Origin: an uncultured Bacteroidota bacterium
GTDB taxonomy: Bacteria > Bacteroidota > Ignavibacteria > UBA10030 > UBA6906
Direction of reading: 5' to 3'
Length of the DNA: 64,000 nt
Assembly (NCBI GenBank): GCA_963700635.1
Contig: CAVOYH010000002.1
Span: forward strand, 96,001-160,000
Under the pieces are notes generated by a model that saw only the letters and a list, made by a program, of their open reading frames with translations, made no database searches and had not been told where the DNA came from. The position numbers were made by a program, and so were the translations under genes. How positions within the stretch are numbered: the first letter of the stretch is position 1; every line of letters begins with the position of its first letter. Positions 61,801 to 64,000 of the stretch are shown piece by piece.

Positions 61801-64000
61801 TGGATTTCCGGTATTTCCCGAAGCAGCGGGCGAGATACAACTACAGCCTTGATCTGGAAAATACCCTCACGGCAACCAAGAACTGGGGTGGTGTCATGAA
61901 ACCACTCTCGGTCTCTGCCATTAACCTCTCCAGAGAGAACATTAATTTTATTGAACTCTGGATGCGTGTGGACCGTGCTCCGATGGGTGCTACGATGGTT
62001 ATTGATCTGGGTGCGATCAGCGAGGATGCTATCCCCAACCGGACGCTGAATTCAGAGGATCTCGTTCTCAGTTCGTATCCCAACGGTGTGCTGCAGGAGG
62101 GCGAGGATGTCGGTATTGACATGCTCGCGGACGATCAGGAGCGTCTGCGATTCGCCGCGCTGATCGCAAAGTATCCGGCACTGGCAGCGGATCCGAGTGG
62201 CGACAATTACGCGTTCAGCAATGCCACCGTAAGCAGCGCTTCGGAAGACTTCTCGCGCATCAACGGAACGGACGGGAACAAGGATGGCCCGAGCGGGAGA
62301 ATTCCGGATACGGAAGACCTGAACGCGAATGGCGTTGTGGACCTGGCGAATTCGTACTTCCAGTATGAGCTCCTGCTTGACACAAGCAGCATCCGGAATC
62401 CGCGCATCGTGGGCGGCGGGAACAAAGGGTGGTATCAGTTCCGGATCCCCGTTCGTGAGTTCGTACGCCAGGTCGGAACCCCGTCTCAGGAAAACATCGA
62501 GTTCGTCCGGGTCTCGTTCATCAACGCACCCGACACCATCGCGGTGCGTATCGCGGACTTCAGCCTCGTAGGAAATCAGTGGCAAAAGGCACAGACCGAT
62601 CTGGCCGACACGACATTCGAAGTGACCGTGGTGAACGTCGAAGACAATCCCACGTATCAGAGTCCGCCCGGCGTAATCCGGGAACGTGACCGCACACGGC
62701 CCGAAGAGGAAGTGTACGCAAATGAGCAATCCCTCGCGCTGGTGCTCAAAAGTCTTCCCGTTGGTGAAAACCGTCAGGCGGTAAAATTTTACACCTACCG
62801 CGCACTGGACCTCTTCAATTACAAGACCATGAAGATGTTCGTTCACGGCGATGCTGCATTCCGATACGTTGATGAAAATCGTTATGATGCCGAGTTCTTC
62901 TTCCGGTTCGGTCTGGACAGCCTGAACTTCTATGAGTACCGTTCTCCTATTCGTCCGGGATGGGATCAGCTGAATGAAGTGCTCATTCAATTCGAGGAAC
63001 TGACAGCGGTAAAACAGGCCAGGGATTCCACCAATCGGATATCACCCCCCATTCCGGTGAAAGATGGACCCCCTGGGTCGGTGTACCGGGTGCTGGGAAA
63101 CCCGTCGCTCACCCAGATTGTATATCTCGCCGTTGGCGTAGAGAATCCAGCAGGAAAAGGATCAGGCCTGCCCCTGGCGGGAGAGATATGGGTGAACGAA
63201 TTACGGCTGACCACGGTGGATGATACCCCCGGCTGGGCATACCGGTTTGACACCCAGCTGAAACTTGCAGACATCGGTGCGGTATCGTTTAACTACTCAC
63301 GGGTGGATCCGAACTTTCATACCCTCGAACAGCGGTTTGGCTCCCGCCAGTTGAGCACCAATTGGGCCCTGAGTGCATCCGTTCAGGCGGAAAAGCTGCT
63401 GGATGAAGACTGGGCAGGGACGAGCCTGCCCCTATCCTACTCGCATACCGAAAGTATGGCCAAACCACGGTATTTGCCGAATTCCGATGTGCTGGTCGAC
63501 GAAGCCGCGGAGCAGATCAAAGCAAAGGTTATCCGTTCAGGCGGGACCGAGGAGGAGGCGCAGAAAGAAGCAGATCGGGTGATCCTTGATTCGGAGACCC
63601 GGCGTGTCACCGACACGTATGCGGCGCCGAACTTCCGGATCAACATTCCGGCGGACGCATGGTATATTCGCGACACATTTAACAAATTGAATTTCGGGTT
63701 TTCCTACACGCGTTCGACCGAGCGCAGCCCGGCCGTTGTGAGCAGGATTTCCTGGTCCTGGAATGCACGCATTGCGTACGCAATCACACTTCCAACGGAT
63801 TATTTTATCCAGCCTTTCCGGGATCTGTTTGAAGGATTGTGGCTCCTCGATGAATACAAAGATATGAAGATCTACTATACGCCGACGAATCTGGCGTGGT
63901 CCGTGAATGCGGTCCGGTCCCGTGACAACTCGCTCCAGCGCGCAGCCGGCGCCCAGGAGATCATCTCACGCAATTTCTCGGCATCGCGGCAGTTCGGATT
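58872..64000 (+). CDS. sprA: T9SS translocon SprA/Sov, 3'-partial (absent from the ORF track because it runs off the window)
   Basis: Open frame from TTG 58872: IFGKPEIKLNISG, VNGTIGDKL, FEYENQLKIKYTGYEDEI, IEAGNVSL, LFGVK, DYTVDY..GEV, LGEEP, YIDDFE, DLGAISED, DTEDLN, WVNELRL. Confidence 0.93.
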   Translation, partial: MNSNRLYHTPYHLVPPTRWLFPLAGLLITLLVCVFSLEGSGVPPGTPAQILPQDTIRTRFPGQFPGQGLPGSFGLADTTRRDSLGFTLDSLGVWRDSLGNYLDSLGVWRDSLGLRRDTTGIRLIKDSTYVVYLDSTSRLRQFRASRTDPVYTKFFPERNYPLFGSRKVAGYRREVTLDSTGRTIRFRETVGGEAVKIPVSMPLRDYVEARQKEEFRRILAEEARKPKALVARNDLGELLSSITQIHIPIPPNPIFSIFGKPEIKLNISGAVDIKAGFRNTQTDQTTISRLDQSRNEPDFSQDVQVNVNGTIGDKLQIQADWNTQRTFEYENQLKIKYTGYEDEIVRSIEAGNVSLQTPSAFIGSSQALFGVKAQFQMGPLVLTALASQKKGQIKEVAVSGGAKEQTFEMRAYEYATNHFFVDTAYIKEYEPYYQNEPPLVNSNSQIVEEEVWIQRQGGIPDPNERLGVASVSLPLRPTSGYSESFRDAIDDPGKIETGPFILLDRSQYELDGDGYLGVLSLNASVGDQQIVAIAYRTADGRQFGELTRNVGSDSVSVSKRLVLKMVKPKNLLSNGPSYPTPWKMLLKNIYPIQGIGRNVKKTGFSLDIFRRVPGGEDQNSVLNEPLLRVFGLDKYNSDDTPAPDGDGQFDYRPGRSINQARAEIIFPTLRPFDTGVRQYFLDKGTSLADTSEFLYQEVYDTTRTFAEQALRNRYVIRGKATGEATSRYSLGFNVVEGSVQVLLDGRTLLANVDYTVDYIIGEVVIKNDRALVPGANLQIKYEQNDLFQLASKTLLGARGDLRLGQNVNFGFTIMNLNQETLSDKVRLGEEPNNNTIFGMDGSTTLNLPFLTRALDALPIFETREPSQLKISGEAAYMLPDPNTKKSPIPSDNAEGIAYIDDFEAARRSIPVGISYAAWTLASPPADNFFFPGVPDTTKMFSRGQMHWFNRLPTDVALTDIYPRKLPGNAANDLATVLDFRYFPKQRARYNYSLDLENTLTATKNWGGVMKPLSVSAINLSRENINFIELWMRVDRAPMGATMVIDLGAISEDAIPNRTLNSEDLVLSSYPNGVLQEGEDVGIDMLADDQERLRFAALIAKYPALAADPSGDNYAFSNATVSSASEDFSRINGTDGNKDGPSGRIPDTEDLNANGVVDLANSYFQYELLLDTSSIRNPRIVGGGNKGWYQFRIPVREFVRQVGTPSQENIEFVRVSFINAPDTIAVRIADFSLVGNQWQKAQTDLADTTFEVTVVNVEDNPTYQSPPGVIRERDRTRPEEEVYANEQSLALVLKSLPVGENRQAVKFYTYRALDLFNYKTMKMFVHGDAAFRYVDENRYDAEFFFRFGLDSLNFYEYRSPIRPGWDQLNEVLIQFEELTAVKQARDSTNRISPPIPVKDGPPGSVYRVLGNPSLTQIVYLAVGVENPAGKGSGLPLAGEIWVNELRLTTVDDTPGWAYRFDTQLKLADIGAVSFNYSRVDPNFHTLEQRFGSRQLSTNWALSASVQAEKLLDEDWAGTSLPLSYSHTESMAKPRYLPNSDVLVDEAAEQIKAKVIRSGGTEEEAQKEADRVILDSETRRVTDTYAAPNFRINIPADAWYIRDTFNKLNFGFSYTRSTERSPAVVSRISWSWNARIAYAITLPTDYFIQPFRDLFEGLWLLDEYKDMKIYYTPTNLAWSVNAVRSRDNSLQRAAGAQEIISRNFSASRQFG
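59115..59231 (+). repeat. 21-bp tandem repeat encoding (DSLGxxx)5-DTTG in the SprA N-terminus
   Basis: Units start at 59115, 59136, 59157, 59178, 59199 and 59220; near-identical 42-bp dimer. Confidence 0.85.

Noticed and set aside
59406-63685. ORF-track entries in the last 5 kb and other long antisense ORFs (e.g. 19818-20747, 26530-27504, 41517-42602, 45664-46719)
   Set aside because: Shadow frames of well-supported genes in GC-rich DNA.

Overview
64-kb chromosomal window from a moderately GC-rich FCB-group bacterium, most likely Ignavibacteria/Chlorobi-related. This is inferred from T9SS genes, FlgD-like CTDs, D(S/T) motifs and E. coli-like TTGAxx-17-TATATT promoters. Contents, in order: LiaF-like gene, two ferredoxins and nth; a group 3b [NiFe] hydrogenase operon with a sigma54-like promoter and an embedded cNMP-binding gene; a LytS/LytTR module; hydrolases and outer-membrane proteins; tRNA-fMet and an OmpA protein; a doubly truncated class IIC group II intron sitting directly behind a terminator; a decaying AT-richer island (TonB receptor, Lol-like ABC, LolA-like protein, OM barrel); a probable ceramide locus (spt, bCerS-like, divergent reductase) on a bidirectional promoter; housekeeping genes (ilvE, tatC, glyA, gmhB, glgA); and a T9SS cluster (porU, porV, a zinc-site-dead M6 protease homolog, a gluzincin-TolB-Omp85 fusion, lptFG, and sprA, which the ORF track misses). 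The top candidate for an undescribed element is a ~180-nt leader in front of porU. It has a perfect promoter, a long rod-like hairpin enclosing an 11-codon uORF, and mutually exclusive antiterminator and terminator stems, i.e. an apparent riboswitch/attenuator on the T9SS attachment operon. All calls come from reading the sequence and recalling motifs; no searches or folding programs were run.
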